Assembly (NCBI GenBank): GCA_043228905.1
Contig: JBHGNT010000001.1
Span: 620,001-684,000, forward strand
DNA: 64,000 nt
Source: Azolla caroliniana
Lineage: Eukaryota; Plantae; Polypodiophyta
Reading direction: 5' to 3'
Position numbers and translations under genes: made by a program. The notes beneath the pieces are model-generated. The model worked only from the letters and a program-made list of their open reading frames with translations. It was not told the origin of the DNA and made no database searches. Below, in pieces: positions 1 through 14,905 of this stretch (positions are counted from its first letter, which is position 1; every line of letters starts with the position of its first letter).

Positions 1-1100
1 AGAAGATCTGTTTTTAAGGGATAACGAAGCAGAAAATGGCTGTTTCCTACCATTTTCTCCCTTTCTCCATCTTTATGATCCAACTCAAACTGATCCTTCT
101 ATTCTCAAAATCTTCTAGTGTACCTCTCCCTCTTGTCAGATGAAGATTCATCTCAGACCATGTATTGGATCTCACTCTTACCTAATTGGCCGGGTGCTGA
201 TCATAACAAAGTGTCTCACAGGGAAAGATGCACTTTTTACAGTTGAATACAATTGAAATGGAAAGAAATGCAAAACAAAGGGAATATTGAGCTAGTTTTT
301 ACACAGAACAATGTTTCAAACATACAAATTCTAAGGATCTAATCCTATTTTAAGTAACACAGATAGGCTTTTGAGTTGTACAGTTACTAATACTGGTTTT
401 ATCTAGCATAAGCCCTGTTACTCTGCTCAAGAATGTTGACCAATAAACATTCAAGGGGGAATTTCAAGGTGATTATTAGGCAGTCATGAACATTTACTAC
501 ACAGCAACAGACATGTACGTGAACTTTTTCTCTTGTATTACTTGATTACATAACCCCTCTTACAACGGAATAAAGAAAACCTAAAAATTAAACGTTGATT
601 GTATTTCATTCAGCAAATAGAATAGACCGTGCACAATGTAGAATTGTTTGATAATGAATATCGGTGAAGAAAGATAATTTATTTTTTGGCTAGAGATCAT
701 CTCAAAACTCATGAAGAGAATCAGCATAATTTAGGCTGCAAGAAGATAAACTCAAGCCTCTGGCTCATAGAAATGTAAGTAGCCCCTCGTCAAAAGTTTG
801 ACTGTTAATTCAATTTAAACATTCAATGGAGAATATTTTGCGGCGAACAGGCACAATTCTATGCTTTGCCTTCTAGGGAAAAGAGAGACTTGATAATCCA
901 ACCCTTGACATTTCAATTCTTCAGTGTTGTTCTTTTTCACCAATTCCACACCATGATTGACATTTATCTCATAACGTTTCAGCAAAACCAAATTATACAG
1001 TTTTTGGAACAACATAAAATATAATGGTTAGGTTGTTTTGCACATAAAAAAGAAAAAAATAAGTAAAACATACAATGTTAGTTTGAGGATGAAAAATTAC

Positions 1101-2366
1101 CTTAGAGACATGTTCCAAACTGAAAGCATCAGGGAAGACTGAGGTTCGAAGCGCGATATCCACGTACACATTGTTCCCTTTGAGAGGAAGACACTGTCCA
1201 GGCTCACCAAAGCTAGGTTCCAAGATCTTGTTCGCCAATGAATGTTTGTGATTTCCTCCAGGCAAGAAACTTCCCACTAATTGTTGCCAACCAAATTTCA
1301 AACCATGGTAAAAACCTTCAGAATGATCAATCACTTTTCCCCCACCTGATGCTAGTGCATAATCTACTCTTCCGATTCCATCTGCAGCATGTTTATCCAG
1401 TTCAGCTTCTACTATTCTTCTTGCTACAGCTCGGACATCATCAAGACTTAATGCATCTCCAGTTCCTTCAGAGGCCCTCTGTTGCACGATTGATGTGATG
1501 AGATTCAACACATCATGCCTTGTAGGAAATCCAGCGTCCATGAACGTTTTCAACGATGCTTCTATATCTTCTGTCTTCGCTTTCATGTTCTTCAATTCTG
1601 TGCCAAAAGAGATGGTCTGCTCATCTATTTTGTCTTCCAATTCCTTTCTGAGGCCATCTACTTCCTTGTGGATCTTCATATCCACAAGATCAAGCTGAAC
1701 TTGCATCATTTTGGTCGTCTTCCTGAGTATTTCTTCTAGTTCTGCGACTTGTCCTTCCATGGACATGCTTTCAAAAGTAGGAGGATGTGTCGTTGAGCCA
1801 TAGAAAGTAGTGACTAGTCCTGCTACGAGGATGAAGGACAGAAAAAGAAGAGATGAACGAGAAAAGATATCCTTTACTAAGCGTGGACGAGAAACTGTGT
1901 TAGATCTATTCTTAGTGGAGGGGATAGCTTGCAAAGAAAGTTTCAAAGCTTTGGGTTTGGTTCCTAAAACATTAGGATTATCCACAGCTTTACCACTCAT
2001 TGTTTTAGCAGAGGATCGAGGCAAAGATCCCTGTTCTGATACTTGACGATGATCAGAAACATTTTCTTCGGTAGCGAGTTCCATAGTCCCTGACATCATA
2101 ACTACGGCAGAAGGATCGTTTTCTTTGAAAGAAGAAGACGAGAGATCACGACTAGTTCGGCGAGCAGGAGTGGTAGTCATTTCAGCAGTTTCAATCAGAG
2201 CGGTTCTTCCTGCAGAAGACGACGAAGAGTTCCTTTTCCTTGTGCTCAGACGGGGACCTGTGGATGGCGTTGCCATGGAAGAAGACGAAGGTGGGAGTGG
2301 AGATGGCGTGGCCATGGCAGACATCGATGGACCTCCGGCTGCAGTTGTTGCCGCTGAACTCGACAT
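1101..2366 (-). CDS. SUN: C-terminal SUN-domain inner nuclear membrane protein (SUN1/2-like), first exon; remainder lies beyond window start
   Basis: Ser/Thr-rich N-terminus from ATG 2366, one TM helix (LLFLSFILVAGLVTTFY), coiled coil, then plant SUN motifs ADGIGRVDYALASGGGKVIDHS and PSFGEPGQCLPLKG...LEHVSK. GT donor (AAG|GTAATT) at 1100. The rest of the SUN domain was not found in 1-1100. Confidence 0.9.
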
Positions 2367-2835
2367 TAGTTTAGGGAACACGCAGCGGTAGAAAACCCTT
2401 ATTTAGAGAACGGTGATCAGAACAAAGGGGAAAAAACCCGACTTCAAACTGCCATGGATCCTGTGAGTAAGAATATACAACAAAATGACTGGCACTTTAG
2501 GGTTTCTTTCGGCATAGAAGTACTGTGAAGCTTCTTTCTGCTCCTCGAACTTTCCTGGTGTCTCTTCCTTTTCTTCTCTTCTGTTCTGAAGCTCTATAGA
2601 CTCTTTTTTCTTCTTCTTGAATATGATCGATAACTCTTTTTTGTCTTCTTGGAGCTTTCTGATCACTTCTTCTTCTTGGGGTTTTCTGATCTCTCTTCTT
2701 ATTCTTCAATTTAAGTCTTTCAGATGAGCGTACTGAGAGTGCCTTTCAGATAAGCTGACATGAAGCTGATCTTCTCCTACATTGAACGATTTTGCCCCCG
2801 ATACGCGTGTAGACAGATAATGAGGCAGAAGAGAT

Positions 2836-2839
2836 ACAC

Positions 2840-2870
<31 letters not shown>

Positions 2871-2937
2871 GCGGAGGAGGAGAAGTAGAAGGTGATAGAT
2901 TCAAAAGGAGGGAAAATGCACGGTTTTCTTTTTCAAC

Positions 2938-3019
<82 letters not shown>

Positions 3020-3085
3020 CTCACCTGTGTCTGTCTCTCAACTGCAGCTGCCGCCTGCTTCTGCCTCTGCCTCTGCCTCTGCCTG
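2836..3085. repeat. Compound microsatellite: (TCTG)n, (TG)n(TC)n, (CTCTGC)n
   Basis: Simple repeats directly visible upstream of the SUN gene. Confidence 0.95.
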
Positions 3086-3249
3086 CAAAATTGCAAATAA
3101 TATTCATTTGAAAACCTAAAGAGCTCTTTGGGCTCACCCAAATCCATGCATGCATTGGCCGGCCGCCCATATGGCTTCTCCATGACCCTCCATATGAATA
3201 TACCTTTGCACGAAATGTAACGCGCCGAACCAAAATGCAAAACTGTACT

Positions 3250-3662
3250 TTTACGACTTAACGGTTTAAACGGTTTTGTTCAGGTTCAAGTTTTTTTTAA
3301 CGGTTCAGTTTAGTTTGAACTGTTAGAAACCGCGGTTTCGGTTTAAAGGTTTTTTGTCATTTATTTAAAAAATTTGTTTTTAAACAATCTTTTCATTTTC
3401 AAACCTTATTCTCACATTTTTAGGAAAATCTTTAAAGTTTTAGAAATTTCAAATTTTAAAATAATGAAATATTTTAATTTTTAAAATTTTAAATTTGAAT
3501 TTTGACCTAAGTTGAAAAACTGTAACCGAACCATGAAACCGCGGTTTTAAACAGTTTTACGGGTTGAAATTTTTTAACGGTTTTGTGGTTTAGTTCAAGT
3601 TTCAAAAAATTTAAACAATTCAGTTTTGACACTTTCAAACCAAACCGTTGTCATTGTTAACG
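3250..3662. mobile_element. AT-rich non-autonomous element-like region with clustered AACCG/CGGTT subrepeats
   Basis: Many AACGG/AACCG/CGGTT motifs and two AAACCGCGGTTT palindromes around an AT-rich core. No TSD resolved. Confidence 0.4.
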
Positions 3663-3699
3663 AAATGGCTGATGAGAATGCCAACCACATTGTAATATT

Positions 3700-4850
3700 T
3701 TCCACCATCTTGCATTTTGACTTACATACATTGCATACCTTTTCTGTTTTAGCCAAGATAGATGTCATTGCATGATGATACAATATATTTGTGGTGACCT
3801 GTAACAAGCGTGTACCATCCTGTAACCGCCAATCCACCCAAGGTGCAATATTTGTTTTCAATGGTAACAATCCACGCAACAATGGTATATCTTGAAATTT
3901 CTCCCAAATAAATATATAATTTGGGGGAATACATAACGATCGTTTGACATCTTCAAATTCCGATAACCTTTGAGATTTATTATCAACCACATCTCCCAAA
4001 TGTACAACCCCCGATTGAAATAAATGATTGAATTGAGATATCAACTTCTCTTTTCCAATCCAAAACAACACTCGAGCAGAAACAAGCAATTCATTTTGTA
4101 ACGAATTACAAAATTCTTGATCACTTGATGGTGCCCACTCAAAAAAATTTAATGCATCGTACCATGATCTTACTAGTTGTTGTCCACATATAGAATGTCG
4201 AATCTTTAGAGGAATACATCCATTGAGTAATGGGCACCACGATGCTTGAATCATTGTTTTCCCATGCACCAATACTTCATGCTCAATAAAATATTGCATC
4301 ATAGATATCCATGGTTGGTCTTGTTACATATATGTCGTAATAATGCAAATCTACGAGCCATCAAATGCATTTCCAAATCCAATATCGCGGCACCACCTAA
4401 CTATTTGGGAGTAGCCAAACGGTCCCATGAAATCCATGTAATTCCCATTATTTCTCCATTCAGCCACAACATGAATAGAAAAGGTTGCATCATATTTTAC
4501 AATGTCTTCTTAGTCCAACGAAGTAATGGTAAATAATATAATATAATGGGCATAAAGATACATTGCACCACTTGAGTGGTACATGAAAGGGCCATAATCG
4601 AGACTTCCAATATATAAATTTGTCCTTCAATTTACTACCAATCCAATAAATAAGTTGAATGTTTGCAACATCAACACCTGATGGATAACCCAAATGCCAA
4701 TAATTTGATCCTCGTGTAATCACTTACCCTTGCCATCCCAAACATTCCAAATCATTCTCCATACAAGAAATAAGGCAAAACTTCCTCCTATTTTATATAC
4801 AACCCCGAAACTAAGGAAAATTGATCCCAAACTTGCATACTCCTTTCAGG
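3700..4850 (-). mobile_element. Degenerate L1-type LINE ORF2 (post-RT region) remnant
   Basis: Minus-strand translations give WHLGYP...KLKDKFIYWK and ISWDRLATPK*LGGAAILDL, typical of plant L1 ORF2 (YLG.P / VSW..V..PK..GGLGI.DL). Stops and frameshifts present. Confidence 0.65.
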
Positions 4851-5029
4851 ATTTTCATTTAGGCTCGTAAAAACATAAAAGAAGCATCAACCAATACTCG
4901 TGCCACCAATGGTCCACCAACAAGAAGATGTAAACCCACAATATCACCACTGGTTGCAAGATTTTGACAACATTACTAAGGATGTGCAACAATAGCAAAT
5001 AACAACGATTCTCTCTCTCTCTCTTTGCC

Positions 5030-5390
5030 ATTCGAACTATTGCTTCCATGTGACTTAGCTCACATGGATTGTGATGTGAGACAGGGCGTTGGGGCACAAG
5101 TGATGAGAGTGGTCGACTATGCACACTTTGCCCTAAACAAGTTTGCGAGTCTAAGTATCACACTTTGATACAATGTTATGCCTTTGATCATATTTGACCA
5201 TGCTTTCCGCATCTCTTTGACCGAGCCCAATCCTTGAATAAATTCCAGGGGTATTTTTTTATAAAGTGTATTTTTTTGGACATAGAGGTAGTTTGGTAAA
5301 TTTGGAACTTCCAGGGGCATTTTGGTAAATAAACGAACTTCTAGGGGTATCTTGGTACTTTTCCCTATAATCTATCTATCTATCTATCTC
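5030..5390 (+). mobile_element. LINE 3'-end fragment fused to the right arm of a Mutator-type MITE
   Basis: 5030-5236 closely matches 41273-41478. About 5240-5365 matches the right arm of the MITE at 61378-61600. This is followed by TATAATCTATCTATC, the same tail as at about 41635. Confidence 0.85.
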
Positions 5391-6151
5391 TCTCTATTGT
5401 CATCTGCTTGGCTGGGCAACTACCTTTCATCCTAATAGCAAGCCCCCCCCGCATGAGACCAAAGAAGAAAGAACATACATACTCTCCATCGAGCACGAAA
5501 ACAAATGAGCCACATGAAGAATAACACACACAAGGAGCTCCAATGTAGATGTTTATGTGTCATCTAATTTAAAGCAATGGAACGTAGTGCAAAGATCCTC
5601 GGGAACTTTTCTCAAGGTTTGCCTCAACATTTTAATTTCAACAAAAAAAGAAGGCGGCAAATGCCACACGTATTTTCTTGTTGCACCAAAATTCCACAAA
5701 AGCACCCTTGTGCTTTCCGAAATTCCTAAGATATCTCCACCTAGTTTTGAAAATCTTAGGACACCCTTCTCATCTTCATGGAAGCACCTTAGAACATCCC
5801 AAATCACTTTGATATTCTTCTCGAAAAACACCCCCCTAAAACAAATCTTCTCCTCCAAATATAGCCGGTTTGTTTCGATTATGAAATTACATCCCCCCAC
5901 CTTTATTCCCCGTTGAACAAACACTACACAACATATTTGTGAAGAGAGAGGAGGGAGGGGCATTTTCGGAAATTGTGTAAATTAGGATGTCTATTATTGA
6001 GATTTTGTAAAATCTCTGTTTAGTTTAGCCATTCCATATATACAAATCAGCTAGGGTTTAGCCATGGCGATGGCGAGGCCGGAGCCCTGAATGTTTCTCT
6101 AAGAGAGACAGAACTAGAGAACACCGAAGGAGACATAGGCAAAGACGGACT

Positions 6152-8993
6152 ATGTTCTCTCCTCGGTCACTCTCCTCCTTGGCTCGCCGCATCTCTTCTC
6201 TCAGATTTCTTAAGGATCCAACAACGAAGCTTCCATATCCTTCCAGAAGCTTCTCCGTTGCATCTTCATCATCAGCCGTATCGGAGGTCTCTTCAGGAGA
6301 AGTTGTCTCTCCTGTTTTCCCTGTACCAGATCCAGAACTCGCAGAGGTCATTCAAGCTGTGCCAAGGTGCGGCGATGGGAAGATCATAGCAAAAAGAGAG
6401 AGAAAAGCAGGAAGAGTCCCTGGTGTTGTGTATAGTTTGGAAGATGGAGATCATGGTGGACACAAAGAGCTCATATCTGTGGAAACGAAACAGATCAGTA
6501 GACTTCTCAAAAGAATTGGTTATAGTTTCTTCCTCTCTCGAACCTTCGTGCTGGAAGTTCGTCCAGATTTGGAGTCTGATGTCATCATCTCAAGAGAAAG
6601 AGTCTTGCCTCGCTGGGTATGTGTTCAAATTTCCTATCATTTGTCGTTATGTTGTTTCCTTTCTGTATTTGTTTATTGATCTTACAGTATTAGTAGCCTT
6701 GGTTTTTCGAGTTGCCTAAGTCTCATGCACACCTTAATATTCATAAATATTCAAGTTTTAAGAGGTTTAGTAGCACCAGAGAAAATAGTGTTGGCAAAAG
6801 ATTCAATATTTTGTGGTACATTCCTGTAATATCTGAATGGTTCCAGTCGTACTGTCTGAGTGAAAAAGAAAAGAAAACTCTGCATGGAACTGGAAAGTTT
6901 TCAAAGGCTATCATTATGTTTTGATCTAGTTATCAGGAGTTCCATACGGATCCCCCATTGGCTACTTTAAATTCGTGATAATTTCCAGCAAGTTCCCACA
7001 TCCACATTTTCTTATTGCAACTCTGGAATGTAGTGGAATTTAGCTTTGCAGAAAATGATTGGCCATCTCTCATCATATGCTACAGATGTATCTGGTCGGA
7101 ATTGGAGTAACACTTAAAGTTTGTCCTTTGCAAGAGGTTATTATACTCTACGTATCTCTAAGAAAGAGAATAAGTACTTGATATAAGAAAATCAAATCTA
7201 GAATGCTCAAGATTTACTGATTAACTGATAAGGAGGTAGATATTTCCACCTTTCTACTGCAAATCAAGAATGAGCAAAATCCACATATATTTTCTTGCAA
7301 CATTATTCGTGTTGATTTGCATCCTTGAGATTTTTGACAGAGGCTATGGCATATTATACCACATAATAATACTCTCTAGTGATACAAGTTCCAATAATGC
7401 ATCAACGTTTTCCGTAGAGCTTGATGCAATGAACTATGTGTTTTTGGGGCTAGTCTGCCTCTAAACAACCAAGTATAATCGTTTATATCAGATGCCCTCC
7501 ATTCTAAAGGTGCTCTGCATCATAATAAACTTTTTTGCTATTGGACTTTAGAAACTCTTCATTGTTGCCAAGCTTAATGGGTTCCATCTTGAGATTCATC
7601 ATTGGATTTTCTCATTAACAACTGAGCTAGGAACCAACAAGGTTATATAGATATCTTGTGCATGCGTCAATGCCGTGTACTCAAGAAAGATTGAGAATAT
7701 TTCCATAGAAAAACTTAAAACTTGTTACAAAATAACTTTTATTTATATGATGTCCAATGAAACTCTGGGTGATCTTAAACTCTTATAAAAAATCAATCCA
7801 GAATTCCATACACATTCTGTTGCTTGCAATGTTGTTCTTCGTCTTCAACAAGGAATGAATGGCATCGGAGACCTCAAAGATTAGAAAGAGGTCAATGACC
7901 TAATATTCTAATGTAGAGATTCACTGCGACATAACTAACCAATAACATGGCATTCTGTAGCTAGTAAGAAATTCCACCTCATTTCAAATGTATAAAGCTA
8001 CTTATTCTTAAGCTAGGTAACCCTAAACCCTCTTTTTCGTCAGTATTTTGGCAGCATTGTGTGTCTTCTGTATATATGTAAATGAACATTTCCATATGCT
8101 CTATCCTGGAAGTTTATGAAGTTGTTGTAAAGATATCCTGGAAGTTTCTGGTGTTCATCAATTTTAATAAGTTACTGATTGGGTCACGTGAAATGAAATG
8201 AAAATGAACGCAGTTAGGAGATTAAGTCATGTGCAGAAGCTTGATTTGCTTTATTTCTAGCATCTGATGGCGACCTCATTTCTTTCTCCCAGGTCCATTT
8301 GCATGCTGGCACTGATGCAATATTGAATGCCACCTTCATTCGGGCACCTCCTGAAGCAGTAATAAAAGTCGATGTTCCTATTGTATTTCGTGGAGAAGAT
8401 GCTTGTCCTGGTATCCGTAAAGGTAAGTAATAATACATTGACTCAAAATGCATTGGTGGGGATGTAAAACGTAGAGTATTTGTTGGCTATTTACCAGGAT
8501 ATCTCTAAGTTTTTAAACCTGCCAGAATAATTGTCTACACTAAAGCAAATTTGCCAGAGTTATTCTGCTATGTTTTGGAAAATGGTGGGGTATTTTCTGG
8601 TAAATAAACAAGATGCAAGATTTTTCCTACTGATTTGATATCTGTATGAAAAACATGTCTTTTCATCATTGAAAATCATTCCTTAAAGTTTTAACTGAAT
8701 TGAATTGCACCTTATGTATTTTGTAACTATTTATAATGTTCGGAGAAATTCTTGCAGGTGGCTATCTTAACACAATAAAAAGAACAGTGAGATTGAAATG
8801 TCCAGCTGACCTTATACCACCTTATGTGGAGATTAACCTTGGAGACTTGCAAATAAGGGAGAAAGTTCTTCTACGTGATTTAAAAGTGCATCCCTCCATC
8901 AATCTAGTAACAGTCGATGATTCTTTGCCTGTGTGCAAAATCATGGGAACAAGGTTTGTAGAAGGACCTCGACCTGGAGCATCATCGTCGTGA
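6152..8993 (+). CDS. RPL25: Organellar (probably mitochondrial) ribosomal protein bL25 / TL5-C family
   Basis: Exons 6152-6616, 8293-8422, 8758-8993, all GT-AG and in phase. Arg/Ser-rich transit peptide. Motifs RERKAGRVPGVVY, KVDVPIVFRGEDACPGIRKGGYLNTIKRTV, CPADLIPPYVEINL. Confidence 0.88.
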
Positions 8994-9654
8994 TTTTCAT
9001 TTTTATATCAAAGTTACCACATACTGTGCTAGGTTGACAATCTACAGACGGCAACTTTTCACATACTGTGTATGTAGCTTCCCATAGTATTTGTCTTTGA
9101 AAAGAACCCATCAATGTAAGATGCGCGTTTTAATTTTTGAATTTTATCTATGGTAAATAAGAGAATTTGGATCATACATGGCTGGTTTGATCTCTCTCTG
9201 TCTCTGTCTCTTCTGTTCCTCTTAAGGGAGTCTCCCCTTATGCCACAATATACATCTGTCAAAGTATTCACATACCAATGAACGGAATTGCAACTTATAT
9301 TGACAGTTGTGAAGATTCAAAAAAATGAACTGAACGAATAGACAATTAAGTGAAAGCTTGACAATAATGGTATTGCTACCAATTCTGAAATACAAAGCTG
9401 AAAAGCTTGACCATAAATGAAACAATCTGAAACCACCACAATATACTGTTGGAATGCAAAAGACATAGCAAAGTCTTTTAGACAACCTATTTATATGTTA
9501 AACTACCTTTACTGGTGGTGATCAATTCCCTCAATCTCTAGTAGATCTACCTTGTCCCTCTCTATGCTCTCATATGGATAACGCCTAACTGAAAAATAAT
9601 AAAACGAACGAAAACATCTATAGATAGAAGTCACCGATGTTGTATTCTCAATGA

Positions 9655-11344
<1,690 letters not shown>

Positions 11345-14300
11345 ACTACCACTACCACCACCTTACCTACTAACTACTATATGGATTTGAATTGAATTGA
11401 TGAATGGAGAAGTAAGTGTACGTGTTGGATGCGTTCGTGTATGTGTGTGTGTGTGTGTGACATGTGTGAAGAAGGGAGGGACAATGAACCCATCCTTTTT
11501 ATAATCGAAATAAAATAACAATATTTCTATTTATTTTCTTTATCGCGCGAATGAGTATGCCAAGGAAAATACAAATCATAAGCTCATCAATAGGGGGGGG
11601 GGTGGGTGGGGGGAGGGCAGGGACTGACTGCCTTGTGGGCCAAGAAATGGTTCCTAATCTTGTGGGTTTTAGTTATTTACTGGTTTGTTCGTTTTAACTG
11701 ACATAACCGTCTTTTTGTTTCTTTTTACGCCTTTTTCTTTTAGCTTTAAATGTTTAAATCTATTATTATTATTTTGCGGTGGGTTTTTTGGATTTGTTTC
11801 CTTGGGCTCTTTTTCATTTATTTGGATTCTTGGTTTTCTTTATTTACTCATTTTAAATTTCCAATTTCTTTTCTTCGGGTTTCCTATTTTCATTTTTCAT
11901 TCATTTACTGATTGAGTTTATTTCGATTTTGTTATGTTTGGGATTCAATTTTCATTTTATTAATTGAATCTCATCACTAATTTATGAGATAACCCACCAC
12001 ACCTCACCTCGTCTCCATCACCAACTCCACCACATCGGTTGGGTTGTATGGTCGCAAATGTGACCATACATACAAATGCGCACCTATAGGTTGTCTGCAT
12101 TTTAAAGCTTCCACCAAATAAACGCTTTCACACTTATTGGATGGATGATGGCATTTTGCCATCCTACATCCAAAACCCATACACCTCCATTGCATAAATT
12201 GGATAATGTGGCATGCATATGATCAACCACCCATTTTTAATAAGTATCATGTAATGCGAAGAATTATTACCAATTATCTAAAATAGCATTTTGCATGATC
12301 ACAAATTTTAATTACTTGCACACGTCTCTACTCAAATTGAATTTCTTGTTGATCGACATGGAGGACTTGAACCATGCAACACCACCCAACATGGAGGGAT
12401 GGAACTGTGCTTCAGGCATAACTTGTCATAGGACAACATGGAGGAACTTGAATCATTTTATGTATACTACACCTAGTATGCATCCACACTTGACAATGGA
12501 AATATTTAATCTACACTTCCATACTAACTTCATTGATTTCATATCATTTTAATCTACCCATGAAATCTTGATCCTTAAGGCGTCCATCAATATCATTACT
12601 ATATATCCAATTCTCACATTATATAGCTGGGTAAAATTCATCTAAACAAGTAAGAATATATTTAGGTCGATATAGCAATTGACATAAGAGTACTCCATAT
12701 TGAAGTCTTCATGTTCACCAAACACTTGTCCTAAGGAAAGGCAACCTAATTCACTTAGCAACTCATTCTAGACTATTTGGGACATACTATAAGCAAACCA
12801 TACATTGTTTGGGCGTTACAACCATTTATTCTAGATATTGAGTCTTTGTCAATATTGCAAATGAACCATGATACCAACAAAAAGCTTTTTGAGGAGAATT
12901 TTTTCTACATGAGACTAGGAGACTTGAGGTTTAAATTTTAAACCCATCCATATGCAAGGACAAGAATAATACAAGGGCATGCATGTTATGGCTTCCTAAA
13001 TGTTGAATGTTAGGAGACCAACCTTATATGTAACCACCAATTAGCATCATTGTTCATCGTTAGAAATATAAATTGTTCCTTTATACAAGGTATATGAATT
13101 ATTGATTGATACTTCTTCCACTTGCCTATATTATCGCATTGATTACTATTTTATGTTTTAATTTTCTAGACTGTAAGCAATTGTACTTACATAATCATCG
13201 AGTCCAAAAAGGATTATACAACTTTAAAGTTCACACATACTTCAAATATCAGCATTCAACATGGTTGTGTGACCACATCAAAATTATTTAATGAATGCTT
13301 CCTGTGACCAGTATAAATTGAAAGTTCACTACTTCAAGGCCTTACAATGGCTAGTTGATCCTTATAAATTGTACATTAACAGTGGCCTCGATAGAAAGAG
13401 TTTCTAGACACAAGACAAGATGTAACACAATCAAATACAATCAAATAAAAGTTAGACATATTAGAGGAGCTAGTAACTAGTTAGTTTGCACAAACCTCAT
13501 TAAACTTAAAGTTGGACTACAAGTTTCTTCAACAAACAATTTGATAGGCCAATATTGACATTGTTTATGACAATACAAATGTTGTGGTATTAAAGTTCCA
13601 CATCATAAATTATGATGTGAAACTTTAGTACAAATATTTCATAATGTTTATAGCATGCCAATTATGGGGAAGTTGTTTGTGCACAATGCTAATATGTACC
13701 AAACTATAAAGAAAAATTAACCAAATTGGACAAATGTAACTAAAAATCAGCAAAATCATTTATAAGGTGTTGTGGGTATCGTTCAAGCTCACATTTCTTC
13801 TCAATATCAGTGAGTGTTCTTACACACAAGCATTATCATAATAAAAACTACACATAATTTCAGTACATGAAAGCAAAGTCAAGGATTTTGGGAAATTGGA
13901 GACAACATGTAAAGAGATATCACAAAGAGAGCTTGACAAAACAAAATTCAACAAAAGGCATTTGATCGAATACCAGACCATTCCAAGTATCCAAATAGTT
14001 CAGAATGTCCAAATTATAATCCAATGGAAAATGATGGATAACAGTTCTTGTTGACGGAAAAGTCTATAACAAATGACTGATCGCACAAAAACTTAGAATT
14101 TGCCAAATAACCATACTCAATGTTGTTTGACATTATTGCAATGCTCAAATTAGGTGATTATTGGGGGTTATATGGTAAATGATTTTGCATTCAAGAGAAA
14201 GGGGAGGTGGGTCTTGAGGGCTACTTTGAAGTAGCAATAGATTACTTCCAAAAGGCTGAGGTCCAAGCTCTAAGTGGTCAAACCTCACAAACATGTGCAC

Positions 14301-14905
14301 TTTTCATTTCAATAGGGAGCTTTGTTGCAAGGGTTTCATTTGCTAAGTGAGCTAAGCCTCCTTGTAGCCAAAAAGAAATGCATTATTACATCATTAGACA
14401 ATAGATAATCAAGGGAATCAAAAGTGGTATTTCTGGTGTGACCACCGCTTTGGCTAAAAACCTTAATATAGCCAATCTGACAAGCTATGATTAGTCCATT
14501 TCTTATAGATGCCAAACAACAAAGTTTCATGCATATGATTAGAGGTACTCTTACGGATATTTCATGCATGGTAGCAGCTTTCTGTAGGTCTCCTACAAAA
14601 AATCCAAAGGTTATTAAAAATATGCTCAGGATTATGAAACACCAAATGCCTTCAATGAAATGATTCTTTTGTAAAAAGCTCATACAGTGACTCCACAGTA
14701 TCCTTCCTGTGGAGCTTGGTGTATATTTGAAACGTAGTCAATGCAATGAACCAAATGAAAATTACGGTAAAAATTTATACAGTCATACTTCTATACACAC
14801 TTATGAACCATACACCCTAGGGATGAGACCCAGAAACCTAGGAAACAAGAATATTATAAGTGATTCAAAACGTCGATGGGCATGAAAAATGAAGTTTTCC
14901 GATTC

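Noticed and set aside
2403-3240. Lys/Glu-rich and HT/RE-repeat ORFs upstream of SUN
   Set aside because: They derive from CTT-rich leader sequence and dinucleotide repeats, with no domain signal.
3250-3600. AACGG cluster as MSA cell-cycle elements for SUN
   Set aside because: The motifs look more like transposon subterminal repeats, and function cannot be supported from sequence alone.
12000-14700. Possible decayed TE or gene between TUB and the ICMT-like gene
   Set aside because: No motif could be recognised confidently.
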